Origin: Escherichia phage ECO340P1
DNA length: 64,000 bases
Sequence record: OP172791
Direction: 5' to 3' (one strand)
Positions 24,540 through 33,980 of the stretch are shown in pieces (the first letter of the stretch is position 1; each line of letters starts with the position of its first letter). Made by a program: the position numbers and the translations under genes. The notes under the pieces were generated by a model that searched no databases, was not told the DNA's origin, and saw only the letters and a program-made list of their open reading frames with translations.

Positions 24540-25882
24540 ATGTATATACACATAAGCAAGATTTGGTAACAGCGGCAAACAATCGGGGCTTGTTCGATAG
24601 GCTTTGCAAAGCTATTGAAATTGCATATGGTTGGACTAAAGAGACAGATCCTAAACTTACAGGACAATATGCTCTTTTACACGGTTGCACAAATTTTCCA
24701 TACATCTGTCACACAGTCGGGACCAATGAATTTTCTGGAGAGCCGACAGTAGGAGATAATGAGCTACGTTTTACAGGAGATGCAATGCTAGATTTAATTC
24801 TTAAGAAAACTAAAATGCTAAAAATTGAAGATGTTTACACAGACACTAGTAACCTTTCTGAAGAAGAAATTGGAGAAATGATTACTACTTTCAATAATAC
24901 AACAGGGAAGAGTTTTTGGACTAAAAGCGATGCTTCCCGTCTTAAACGAGTAGACCCTGCTATTCCAGAAGACGGTAAGAAGTATCGAAAAGTTATCTTT
25001 TACGATAAAATGGCAGGTCTGGATGCTCTCCATCTTGAGTGTGGAAGCCTTGTGCCTCCGGCTGTTAGAGAACATGAATTTGCAGTTGAGGTTGAAGCAC
25101 AGGAGTTTAAAGATATGTTTTATACTAAACATGTAAGAAAAGTGGAAGATGTGGAACAACAAAAAGAGACTTTTGAACCAGAAGACACAGAGCCTACCTA
25201 TATTCCTAATACAGGTATTCAACCTTGCGAGGACTTTGTTCAAGTCCGTTACAAAAATGGTGTTTTAGAAGTATGCAAAGCCAACCACTTCGAATGGGAG
25301 AAATACGACAGTGAATGGCAGATTGAAGAATATTTTGTTCTCCCAAGAACAGCAAAATACCAAGCCCACATCGGAGGTAGACGCCCTTGTGATGGTCCTG
25401 TTAATGTTCTTTTTCGAAATGGGGACCAAGGAAAAGGGTTGGCAGAGACGTTTTATTGGAGCCACTCTGGAGATGGATCAGATATTGTAGGTTATATTAA
25501 ACTTAACCCGTCTCCCCGTTACCGCAAGCGTCGTCAGAAGCCTCCAGTAGGTAAGAAGAGTGTCGTTCGTGTCCTTTACACTACACAGCAGACATACACA
25601 TTTAAAAATGTGGTAGACGTGCAAGTGACCGAGGAGCGAGTTTATATCCAATATGATCGTGAAGTTACAGAGGGTATTAAAGAATCGGTTACTACCGAAA
25701 TTGAAAATAAGCTTGTTATGGCAATCATTGTGGAAGAAAGTAAAGTAGAGAACGGTAAAGCCTACACTGTTCGTGATAGTTTCTTGCGTAACATTGATGG
25801 AACTTGGGATTATAATGGACACGATGGGACCGCTGTAAAGAACGGTAAGATCATGGGAAGACAATTCCTCTCCAAACGATAA
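24536..25882 (+). CDS. hypothetical protein (448 aa)
   Basis: Long ORF followed by terminator. Confidence 0.6.
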   Translation: MNVYTHKQDLVTAANNRGLFDRLCKAIEIAYGWTKETDPKLTGQYALLHGCTNFPYICHTVGTNEFSGEPTVGDNELRFTGDAMLDLILKKTKMLKIEDVYTDTSNLSEEEIGEMITTFNNTTGKSFWTKSDASRLKRVDPAIPEDGKKYRKVIFYDKMAGLDALHLECGSLVPPAVREHEFAVEVEAQEFKDMFYTKHVRKVEDVEQQKETFEPEDTEPTYIPNTGIQPCEDFVQVRYKNGVLEVCKANHFEWEKYDSEWQIEEYFVLPRTAKYQAHIGGRRPCDGPVNVLFRNGDQGKGLAETFYWSHSGDGSDIVGYIKLNPSPRYRKRRQKPPVGKKSVVRVLYTTQQTYTFKNVVDVQVTEERVYIQYDREVTEGIKESVTTEIENKLVMAIIVEESKVENGKAYTVRDSFLRNIDGTWDYNGHDGTAVKNGKIMGRQFLSKR

Positions 25883-25887
25883 AACTT

Positions 25888-25912
25888 AAAGGCGCACTTT
25901 GCGCCTTTTTTG
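25888..25912 (+). terminator. rho-independent terminator
   Basis: AAAGGCGC-ACTTT-GCGCCTTT followed by TTTTTGATTTT. Confidence 0.7.
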
Positions 25913-25982
25913 ATTTTCCTCAAAGCTTTTTTCGGTTGGAAGAGGTAGAATAATAGTTCTACTCACAAAATAAGGATTAATA

Positions 25983-27809
25983 ATGAAAGATTTGTACCAA
26001 GATGTTTTTTCTTTTTTAGATCGCACTTCAGAAACATACACTAGAGAGAATGCAAACAAACCTTCCCACCTCGTTAACACACACAGGGATCTCTTGGCGG
26101 GGATTTTAAGCAAACATATGGCAATGACACAGATACTGCCAAAAAACTTGTCAGAATGGCATACAGAAGGTTTTGGACATATTCACGACTTGGATTATCT
26201 GCTCTCTCCTCTTACAAACTGTTGTCTTGTTAATTACCAAGATATGTTAGAAAATGGTTTTAAGATCGGTGCTGCACAGATAGAAAAACCAAAATCTATT
26301 GGAGTAGCTACCACAGTGCTAACTCAAATCATCCAAGCTGTAGCATCGAGCCAGTATGGTGGACAGACTTGTGCGCATATTGACGAGGGATTAAAACAAT
26401 ACGTAGAAAAAAGCTACAACAAAATCTTTAATAATCTCAGCAAAAATTATCGTGGTCCTAATACAGAGGACTTAGAGAAAAGGGCGATGGAAGTGGTGGA
26501 CAGTCTTGTTTATGACGCAATGCAAACACTTCTGTATCAAGTTAATACCTTGATGAGTGTGAATGGTCAATCACCATTCATCACTATCAGCCTCGGCTTG
26601 GACACCTCTGTTTTTGGACGAATGATCACTAAGAACTATTTAAAGGTTCATACAGGAGGTCTTGGGAAGGATCGCGTGACCCCAGTATTCCCGAAAGTCG
26701 TGTTCTTCCTGAAAGACGGGGTGAATATGAAACCGGGTGACCCGAATTACGATCTCAAGCAACTGGCAATGGAATGTTGTGCAGAAAGGATTTACCCTGA
26801 TTTCATCTCTGTTCCACTGAACATGGAAGTCACAGGATCTTCAGATGGCAAGGTTACAAGCATGGGTTGCAGAAGCTTCCTTTCTCACTATGCCACCGAA
26901 CAAGGAGAAAAATACGACGGACGATTCAACCTTGGAGTAGTTTCTATCAACTTACCTCTGATCGCTGCGGAAGCGAGAAGTAAAGGAGAATCTTTCACCG
27001 ATCTTCTTAATAAACATATGGAGATAGCCTACGATGCTCACATGCTACGTGTAAACCGTATCAGACATACCAAAGCATCTGAAAACCCTATTCTTTTCAT
27101 GGAAGGGGCTTTAGCTCGTTTAAATGCCAACGATGAAATTGGTGTTTTGTTTGAAGGTGGTTATGCTTCTATTAGTATTGGTTATGTAGGTCTTGCCGAA
27201 GCTTTGGAAATCCTTTATCCAGAAGAAAAAGATAAAAAGGAACTTGGTAAAAACATTCTGCAACATATGAAAGATGTGTGTGCTGTGTTTAAAGAACGAT
27301 CTAATTTGGCGTTTAGTCTCTATGGAACTCCAGCAGAATCTTTGTGCTATAAGTTTGCAACAGCTTTAAATGAAAAATACCCAGGTTTGGTAGAAAGAGA
27401 CTATCTTACTAACTCTTTTCATCAACCTGTGTGGTTGGTAACAAACCCTTTTGAAAAATGGGATTATGAAGCAGGTTTTGCACAGATTAGTAATGGTGGT
27501 AACATAAGTTATGTCGAAACACCAAACTTAAAGAATAACTTAGAAGCTTTGGAGACTTTAGTAGACTACGCTTATGAACATATTCACTATTTTGGTATTA
27601 ATCAGCCCGTGGATCAATGCTTTAAGTGTGGTTTTCATGGGGAATTTAAGGCAACGGCTAAAGGGTTTGAGTGTCCTGATTGTGGCAACCATGAAGAAGA
27701 AACTATTTCTGTAGTTAGACGTGTGTCAGGGTATCTTTCTGCCCCTAACTCACGCCCTTACAACAAAGGTAAAATGCAGGAAGTTTTGCAAAGGGAGAAA
27801 CATCTTTGA
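25983..27809 (+). CDS. nrdD: anaerobic ribonucleoside-triphosphate reductase (class III)
   Basis: C-terminal Zn-ribbon CFKCGF..CPDCG and glycyl-radical motif RVSGYL; adjacent radical SAM activase. Confidence 0.9.
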   Translation: MKDLYQDVFSFLDRTSETYTRENANKPSHLVNTHRDLLAGILSKHMAMTQILPKNLSEWHTEGFGHIHDLDYLLSPLTNCCLVNYQDMLENGFKIGAAQIEKPKSIGVATTVLTQIIQAVASSQYGGQTCAHIDEGLKQYVEKSYNKIFNNLSKNYRGPNTEDLEKRAMEVVDSLVYDAMQTLLYQVNTLMSVNGQSPFITISLGLDTSVFGRMITKNYLKVHTGGLGKDRVTPVFPKVVFFLKDGVNMKPGDPNYDLKQLAMECCAERIYPDFISVPLNMEVTGSSDGKVTSMGCRSFLSHYATEQGEKYDGRFNLGVVSINLPLIAAEARSKGESFTDLLNKHMEIAYDAHMLRVNRIRHTKASENPILFMEGALARLNANDEIGVLFEGGYASISIGYVGLAEALEILYPEEKDKKELGKNILQHMKDVCAVFKERSNLAFSLYGTPAESLCYKFATALNEKYPGLVERDYLTNSFHQPVWLVTNPFEKWDYEAGFAQISNGGNISYVETPNLKNNLEALETLVDYAYEHIHYFGINQPVDQCFKCGFHGEFKATAKGFECPDCGNHEEETISVVRRVSGYLSAPNSRPYNKGKMQEVLQREKHL

Positions 27810-28276
27810 ATTTTGCAGGATATGAACCTGTAGATCTTATTAATGGCGAGGGAGTTAGGTGCTCCCTCTGGGTTAGTGGTTGTAGCCACGGTTGTCGTGG
27901 CTGTTTTAACCAAAAAGCCTGGTCTTATTCTTATGGGAAACCGTTCACTCACGAAAATGTAGAGCAAGTTTTAAAAGATTTGTCAAGACCGTTTGTAAAA
28001 GGCTTAACAATTTTAGGAGGAGAGCCATTAGATCCACAGAATATTTACAATGTTAAAAACCTTATAGAAAAGGTTAGAGACGTTTATGGGTCAAGCAAAG
28101 ATATAATGGTGTATACAGGGTATACTTTTGAGGAAGTGCCTTTGTATATTAAAAATCTTGTTGACATTATTGTAGACGGAAAGTATGAAATAAACAATCC
28201 AACTACAAAACCTTTCAGAGGGTCAGATAATCAAAGATTATGGACCAAAACGGCAAGTGGTTGGCAATCAGATTAA
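27806..28276 (+). CDS. nrdG: anaerobic RNR activating protein (radical SAM)
   Basis: TTG start overlapping nrdD stop; CSHGCRGC cluster. Confidence 0.85.
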   Translation: MNFAGYEPVDLINGEGVRCSLWVSGCSHGCRGCFNQKAWSYSYGKPFTHENVEQVLKDLSRPFVKGLTILGGEPLDPQNIYNVKNLIEKVRDVYGSSKDIMVYTGYTFEEVPLYIKNLVDIIVDGKYEINNPTTKPFRGSDNQRLWTKTASGWQSD

Positions 28277-28289
28277 CTTAGGAGGTTTC

Positions 28290-28481
28290 ATGGTTACATA
28301 TTTTGCTGTAGGAGATAGAGTAGGGACGGCAGGAGAACTTTTGAAGAACAGTGATCGGGACGTTAAGGACATTCTTGCAACCCTTGTGGATATTTTACAA
28401 AGAAAAGAGTTGCTTTCTGATCGAGATGTTGCTAAATTACTTGATATCGGAGGAGATGAACTTCAAAGACTTCCATTTTAA
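28290..28481 (+). CDS. hypothetical protein (63 aa)
   Basis: ATG 28290 with SD TAGGAGG. Confidence 0.45.
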   Translation: MVTYFAVGDRVGTAGELLKNSDRDVKDILATLVDILQRKELLSDRDVAKLLDIGGDELQRLPF

Positions 28482-28496
28482 GTGAGGAGATAAGTA

Positions 28497-29102
28497 ATGC
28501 AACATAGTGTAGTAGTCAACATGCCGAATAGTGGGGATAAATCTTTTGGTGTCCCTGCTAAAAAAGTGTGGAAAGCCCATTTTCATCTTACTTTATCTAA
28601 CGTTAGTTCTGAAGAGTTGATGAAAGCAGCTAAGATTATTGGTGCCAAATGCACAACAATTGATTTACATCGGGATACAAAGTCTCAACGTGATCGTATG
28701 TTAACAAAGTATCAAAGCGATCTCGACACTACTTTAATGTTGCAGTGTGTAGAAAAACTTGAGAATGCAGGTTTCAATGTTGTTCGTTACAAACTGGAAC
28801 GAATGTTTAAACATGTTGCCTGTGTTCTTTTCATGGATCTAAGTAAAGAAAATTACGGAGAAGTTCACATTAAGACTTCAGCAAGTGATCCCGAAGTAGA
28901 AACAAACTTCTTCCGTATTTCTTCTAATGCTGAAGAAGTTGATTACCGATTTTATAATGCTCGCTTATATTCCGCAGAAGATAAGTTGCGTTTCAATGAA
29001 GCGTATGATATGCTCTTGAACAGTGGGATACAGATAAAAGGCTACCACATAGAACAAGTGGTAGTGGACAGTAATCTTAACTTAGACGCATGGTGGGCTT
29101 AA
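28497..29102 (+). CDS. hypothetical protein (201 aa)
   Basis: ORF with SD GAGGAGA; first gene of Ter-like module. Confidence 0.55.
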   Translation: MQHSVVVNMPNSGDKSFGVPAKKVWKAHFHLTLSNVSSEELMKAAKIIGAKCTTIDLHRDTKSQRDRMLTKYQSDLDTTLMLQCVEKLENAGFNVVRYKLERMFKHVACVLFMDLSKENYGEVHIKTSASDPEVETNFFRISSNAEEVDYRFYNARLYSAEDKLRFNEAYDMLLNSGIQIKGYHIEQVVVDSNLNLDAWWA

Positions 29103-29103
29103 T

Positions 29104-29760
29104 ATGACTATTAAACATATCTCTTTTGATGTATGGAACACACTGATCACAGCAAACTCCAATTACGCAGACATGCGAGCCTGGACTATCGCAAAATATG
29201 GAGATATTACGGAAGTGGAAGCAAGAGCAGCTTATAAAAAGATCAAAAAGGAACTGGATAATGCAGCACTTCAAGGCAAAGCCGAGTGTGCAGCATACGC
29301 CTGGGAAAGACTTGGTTCTGAACTTGGGATAACACCTTGGAAGTCTGCAAAGCTTCGTTTCGAGTGTGAACAGTGGTTCCTTAAGTTTCCACCACACGTA
29401 GCCGTGGATCTGCCGATGTACTTGTTGTATCTTTCGGGGCGTTATGATTTGAGTATTAAGAGTAATACCAACTTCATATCAGGGGATATCCTGCGTCGTG
29501 CTTGTAAGTTTGATAGTTGGAATTGTTTTGAGTTCACCCATTTCTCGGATGAAGCTTTACTTTGTAAACCAGATCCGCGATTCTTTGCTCGCACGCTCAC
29601 GTATTCTCCGATCCCTCTGTTAGGGCACGAAGTATTGCACGTAGGAGATAGTGAAGAATATGATGGGAAATGTGTTGACTTAGGATTTAACTTCTGTCAT
29701 ATTAAGAACCCTAACGACTTACTAGAGAAACTTAAAAGAGGAGAAATTGTAAATGCGTAA
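29104..29760 (+). CDS. HAD-superfamily hydrolase-like protein
   Basis: N-terminal ISFDVWNTL (HAD motif I variant) and C-terminal LHVGDSEEYDGKCVDLG. Confidence 0.6.
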   Translation: MTIKHISFDVWNTLITANSNYADMRAWTIAKYGDITEVEARAAYKKIKKELDNAALQGKAECAAYAWERLGSELGITPWKSAKLRFECEQWFLKFPPHVAVDLPMYLLYLSGRYDLSIKSNTNFISGDILRRACKFDSWNCFEFTHFSDEALLCKPDPRFFARTLTYSPIPLLGHEVLHVGDSEEYDGKCVDLGFNFCHIKNPNDLLEKLKRGEIVNA

Positions 29761-30580
29761 TCAAACTCAAATTTTTGCAAATAAATTTGATGACCTGGAA
29801 GCTGCTACTTTTGATATCCAAGATTATTCAAAATTGAAATTTGGTAGTAACCAAGCTGCGCGTCGTATGGGTAAAGAATTGGCACTTCAGTTTTTTGCTC
29901 AAGTGGCAATGAAACATATTGGGGAACAATTTGTTATCATTCCTTCTCCTTACAACCATGTGCATAATGCTGCAACAATGATGACAGATCATTTTATTAA
30001 TTACTTTAATATGTTGCAATCACAATATGATCAAGGTCGTTCAGCAGAACTGGATATTATTCATCGTAAAGTTAGCTATATCAACGATTATGGTTTCTTG
30101 GATAAAGCTAGTCGTAAGAAACTTATTGATGGGGATACATTCTACTGCAACAAAGAATTCTGGGGTGATAAGAAGCTTGTGTTTATTGATGATGTAAATA
30201 TCACTGGAACTCATGAAGACAAACTGATTGAGATCCTTGATGAAAATCAAGTTAAAAATGATGTTTACTTCCTGTATTTTGCAAAATATGAAGGTAATCA
30301 AGCAGATACCGAAGCTAAACTGAATTTTAACTACATTAATACACCGGAAGCGTTTGTTAAAATGATTAATGAAGAACGTGATGCACAGTGTCTTGTTCGT
30401 CCTATTAAGTATCTTATGGGCCAAAATCATGAAGACTTCAAAATCATTCTTAGCCAATTGCCACATTACTATGTAGAGCAACTTTTCTTTGGATGCTTGG
30501 GAGAAGGTTACAACCGAATTTCAAAGTATGCTGAAAACTTTGAATTCTTGGATCGTTACACAAAACAACACATTCTGTAA
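29753..30580 (+). CDS. phosphoribosyltransferase (PRTase type I fold) protein
   Basis: PRPP-binding signature KLVFIDDVNITGTHE. Confidence 0.65.
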   Translation: MRNQTQIFANKFDDLEAATFDIQDYSKLKFGSNQAARRMGKELALQFFAQVAMKHIGEQFVIIPSPYNHVHNAATMMTDHFINYFNMLQSQYDQGRSAELDIIHRKVSYINDYGFLDKASRKKLIDGDTFYCNKEFWGDKKLVFIDDVNITGTHEDKLIEILDENQVKNDVYFLYFAKYEGNQADTEAKLNFNYINTPEAFVKMINEERDAQCLVRPIKYLMGQNHEDFKIILSQLPHYYVEQLFFGCLGEGYNRISKYAENFEFLDRYTKQHIL

Positions 30581-30593
30581 TAAGGAGCTAAAA

Positions 30594-31067
30594 ATGCTTA
30601 AAATGAAAACAGGTAATCTTATTGATGCCGCTAAAGCAGGTGAAGTAACTGTTATTGCTCATTGTTGCAACTGTATGTGTAATATGGGGGCAGGTATTGC
30701 CCCACAAATCAAACAAGCATTTCCTTACGCATATGCAGCAGACTTAGACACAATGGCTGGTGATCAAAGTAAACTAGGTTGTTTTAGTTTAGGGGTGCCA
30801 GACGAACAATCAGACCCTTTGGTATATAATCTATACGGGCAATACCGTTACGGATACAATGCTAAAGGTCGTCAGTTGGACTATGATGCACTTTACGATG
30901 CACTAATAGCTATGGCTAACGATTTGCTTCTCCGTGACCAAAAATGTAAGATCGGCTTACCTATGATTGGCGCTGGATATGCTGGAGGTAATTGGGCTAT
31001 CATCCAAGTGATGATTGAAGAAACTTTAGTAAAAACAGGTCACGATGTGACTATTTATAAACTTTAA
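30594..31067 (+). CDS. macro domain (ADP-ribose binding/processing) protein
   Basis: ATG 30594 with SD TAAGGAG; motifs VIAHCCNCMCNMGAGIA and LPMIGAGYAGGNW. Confidence 0.6.
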   Translation: MLKMKTGNLIDAAKAGEVTVIAHCCNCMCNMGAGIAPQIKQAFPYAYAADLDTMAGDQSKLGCFSLGVPDEQSDPLVYNLYGQYRYGYNAKGRQLDYDALYDALIAMANDLLLRDQKCKIGLPMIGAGYAGGNWAIIQVMIEETLVKTGHDVTIYKL

Positions 31068-31079
31068 GAGGAGATTAGT

Positions 31080-31301
31080 ATGGGTGTTTTTGCAGGTATT
31101 GTTGCAGTGGTAAGCTTTTTTGTTATTGCTTTTATGCTTAGTTTGATTCCAGCTTGGTTACTGTTGCTGGCTTACAACTATGTTGCTGAAGTTATGGGTC
31201 ATGCAGATATCACTGTCCCAGTAACCTTCTGGACCGTGGTTTGTGTTTCGTTTATTCTGGCTGTATTACGAGGAATCTTTTCCTCTCATTCAACAAAATA
31301 A
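31080..31301 (+). CDS. small membrane protein (73 aa)
   Basis: SD AAGAGGAG; two predicted transmembrane segments. Confidence 0.5.
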   Translation: MGVFAGIVAVVSFFVIAFMLSLIPAWLLLLAYNYVAEVMGHADITVPVTFWTVVCVSFILAVLRGIFSSHSTK

Positions 31302-31304
31302 GTG

Positions 31305-31363
31305 TTGACATAGTTCTTAAAAAGAGTAAGATATATCACATGAAGCGGGGAATAGTTCCCCGC
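31305..31363 (+). promoter_or_regulatory. promoter-hairpin cassette (plus-strand copy) for TerC gene
   Basis: TTGACA 31305-31310, N16, TAAGAT 31327-31332, hairpin GCGGGGAA-TAG-TTCCCCGC 31345-31363, then SD GAGAGGAGAAAAG. Confidence 0.6.
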
Positions 31364-31380
31364 AAAGAGAGGAGAAAAGA

Positions 31381-32355
31381 ATGCAACTTGGTTTCCCAAT
31401 TATTGATGTAGTTGTTTTAGTTGGTATTTTAGCATTGTCTATTGGTATTGATTTCTTTGGTCACAAAGAAAATAAAGAAATTTCATTCAAATCCGCAGTT
31501 GGTTGGTCGATCTTTTGGATTGGTGTATCATTAGCTTATTATGGTTTTGTATACTTCCAACATGGTGCCGATTTTGCTAACTTGTTTTTAAGTGGATATG
31601 TGTTGGAAAAATCTTTGTCGGTAGATAACTTGGTAGTATTTGTAGCAGTATTCGCAAGTTTTGGTATTAAAAGCACACACTTGCAGCACAAAATTCTACT
31701 TTGGGGTATTGCAGGTGCGATTGTCTTCCGAGGTGTGTTTGTAGCAGTAGGCACTTACTTGTTAAGTTTGGGCTGGTATGTTAATATCTTCTTCGGTGCG
31801 GTCATCCTTTTCTGTGCAGCTAAAATGGTATTTGCTGGAGATAATGACGCAGAAGTTGATTACTCTAAACACTGGGCTACCCGTATTGTTCGTAAACTGT
31901 TCCCTGTATCTAATAAAATGGATGGGGAGAAGTTCTTCACAATCGAAAATGGTGTTCGTGTAGCAACTCCAGCTTTGGTTTGCGTATTCGTGATGGAAAT
32001 GGTTGATGTAATCTTTGCAGTAGATTCTGTTCCGGCAGTGATCGCAGTAACACAAGAACCTCTGCTTGTATTCTCTTCGATGTTATGTGCAATCTTAGGT
32101 CTACGTGCTCTGTTCTTTGTTCTTAGTGTTGCACTGAAGTATCTGGTTCACTTGGAGAAAGCAGTTATTGTGGTTCTGGTGTTTGTAGGTGTTAAACTAA
32201 TGTATCACCCGTTTGCAGAAACGTTACATGAAAAAATGAGCTTCCTGCCAGCGCACATTGATCCAACTATTAGTATGTATATTGTCCTGGGCACATTAGC
32301 TCTTGGTGTTATTGCAAGCTTTATCTTCCCTGAAAAAGAAGAAGCTACTGTTTAA
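31381..32355 (+). CDS. TerC-family integral membrane protein
   Basis: Multiple TM segments; motifs VLEKSLSVDNLVVF and EMVDVIFAVDSVPAVIAV; own promoter-hairpin cassette; terminator downstream. Confidence 0.8.
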   Translation: MQLGFPIIDVVVLVGILALSIGIDFFGHKENKEISFKSAVGWSIFWIGVSLAYYGFVYFQHGADFANLFLSGYVLEKSLSVDNLVVFVAVFASFGIKSTHLQHKILLWGIAGAIVFRGVFVAVGTYLLSLGWYVNIFFGAVILFCAAKMVFAGDNDAEVDYSKHWATRIVRKLFPVSNKMDGEKFFTIENGVRVATPALVCVFVMEMVDVIFAVDSVPAVIAVTQEPLLVFSSMLCAILGLRALFFVLSVALKYLVHLEKAVIVVLVFVGVKLMYHPFAETLHEKMSFLPAHIDPTISMYIVLGTLALGVIASFIFPEKEEATV

Positions 32356-32361
32356 TAAATG

Positions 32362-32386
32362 AGCCTCCTTCGGGAGGCTATTTTAT
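32362..32386 (+). terminator. rho-independent terminator after TerC gene
   Basis: AGCCTCC-TTCG-GGAGGCT followed by ATTTTAT. Confidence 0.7.
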
Positions 32387-32397
32387 AGGAGAGATTT

Positions 32398-32748
32398 ATG
32401 AGTAATTTTGATGAAATTCAAGAACTTGTTTGGGATTTATCTGGTGATGTGGATTACATTTCAGATTATCTTTCAAAAGTTTACCCTGGGGTAAGCGTTA
32501 TGATTGTGACCAAAGATCCAATTAATTTGCCTCCTAATGTTGTAGCTTGTTGTGGAAGTGGTTCAGGAGAAGTAGAGCCTGTATCTCGTTGGGAATTAAC
32601 TAAAGCTGTTTCAAAACGAAACGGTGAAGTTTTGAATATTGATATTGAGCAAATATGGACTTCTCCAGCAGCCAAATGGAATGATCCAAATGGTTGGGAT
32701 TTGTTCTTCTGGGATAATGAGACTGATGATGAGGTGTTTTTAAAATGA
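32398..32748 (+). CDS. hypothetical protein (116 aa)
   Basis: ORF with SD AGGAGAG. Confidence 0.55.
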   Translation: MSNFDEIQELVWDLSGDVDYISDYLSKVYPGVSVMIVTKDPINLPPNVVACCGSGSGEVEPVSRWELTKAVSKRNGEVLNIDIEQIWTSPAAKWNDPNGWDLFFWDNETDDEVFLK

Positions 32749-32990
32749 AATACTTGTTGGTTGTGTTTGAAAATATCTGTTTTGCAATAGGGTTGTTTGT
32801 TGTAATTTTTGTATTGACAAGCGTAATCAACGGCAGTAAAGTGAGTTTATACCGAGATGGAGAGCAACTTTATTGCTTCTCTGGAGATTTCAAACACAGA
32901 TGTATTAATAGCCAAAACGAGGAAAGCAAATATGAAAAAACTAGCCCTGATTTTAATTGGTTGTATCTTTTTAACAGCTTGCGAGGATGA
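32745..32990 (+). CDS. possible small membrane protein (overlaps next gene by 59 nt)
   Basis: ORF with SD GAGGTG and hydrophobic segment; overlap makes it doubtful. Confidence 0.3.
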   Translation: MKYLLVVFENICFAIGLFVVIFVLTSVINGSKVSLYRDGEQLYCFSGDFKHRCINSQNEESKYEKTSPDFNWLYLFNSLRG

Positions 32991-33369
32991 AACAAATCCT
33001 GCACAATACCAACAACCTCCTCAACAATACGCTCAACAAGGATCTGACGGAGATACAACTATTATCAACAATGGTGGCGGTTCTAGTAGTAGCGGTGTTG
33101 GTGAGTTTGCTACAGGTATGTTGTTAGGGCATATGATGAGTGGCGGTAGTAATCGTAGCAGTGGGGATTATAACGATAACAGAACGATTATTAATAAGCA
33201 TTATAATACACCTAAACCGAAAACTAATTTTTATGGTAAGCCTAAACAAGAGATAAAAACTTATGAAAAGCCGAGACAAACTTTTAAAACAAATAGTAGC
33301 TATACAACTCGTAAATCTTACAATAGCCCTTTAAGTAAAAAGAGTTCATCTCGTAGCAAGCGACGTTAA
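32932..33369 (+). CDS. lipoprotein with Gly/Ser-rich region
   Basis: ATG 32932 with SD GAGGAAAG; signal peptide plus lipobox LTAC; glycine-zipper-like GEFATGMLLGHMMSGG. Confidence 0.6.
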   Translation: MKKLALILIGCIFLTACEDETNPAQYQQPPQQYAQQGSDGDTTIINNGGGSSSSGVGEFATGMLLGHMMSGGSNRSSGDYNDNRTIINKHYNTPKPKTNFYGKPKQEIKTYEKPRQTFKTNSSYTTRKSYNSPLSKKSSSRSKRR

Positions 33370-33383
33370 TAAGGAGAAAAACA

Positions 33384-33977
33384 ATGACAATTTCTATTCG
33401 TACTTCCATTACAGGTGTTAAAAGTTTGCCTAATGCTTTGCAAATCACACGTGCTTTGAGGGATACGTTCTCTGCTGTGGATGAGCATAAGATGCTCGAT
33501 AATCTCTCAAATTGGCCCTATTTTCATTATTTTAAAAATGAAGACGACGAGTTTATAGACGCTGTTTCTTACGGTTATGATTTCGGTAAGGAGGTTTCTC
33601 CTGAAGAATTTGTAGCTATGGTGTTCCCAAACGGTTTGCCTACTCGCAGTAAACGTAAAAAAGGACCAAAAAACAAGAAACGTGCTACTAATAAAGCTAC
33701 CATTTTCTTTACTGATGGCACACAATATACGATTAAAGATTTTGAAGAGGTATCTTATACAGCAGGTGGGAGTCTTTCTTTCTACACCATCAAAAAACAA
33801 AACTATACGTTCAGCCATGTTTCTAACATGATTGAAATGTTAGTAGAAGATATTGAAAGCGTGGCTGTGTTAGGTATGCATAAAAGCTTTTTAATTACAA
33901 ATATTTCAGATTTCAGTGCAAGTTTATCTGGCCCTGATTTTGAAGCCACGACCACGCATTTCGCTTTTAAGGTGTAA
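33384..33977 (+). CDS. hypothetical protein (197 aa)
   Basis: ORF with SD TAAGGAGAAAA; basic stretch RSKRKKGPKNKKR. Confidence 0.55.
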   Translation: MTISIRTSITGVKSLPNALQITRALRDTFSAVDEHKMLDNLSNWPYFHYFKNEDDEFIDAVSYGYDFGKEVSPEEFVAMVFPNGLPTRSKRKKGPKNKKRATNKATIFFTDGTQYTIKDFEEVSYTAGGSLSFYTIKKQNYTFSHVSNMIEMLVEDIESVAVLGMHKSFLITNISDFSASLSGPDFEATTTHFAFKV

Positions 33978-33980
33978 GTT

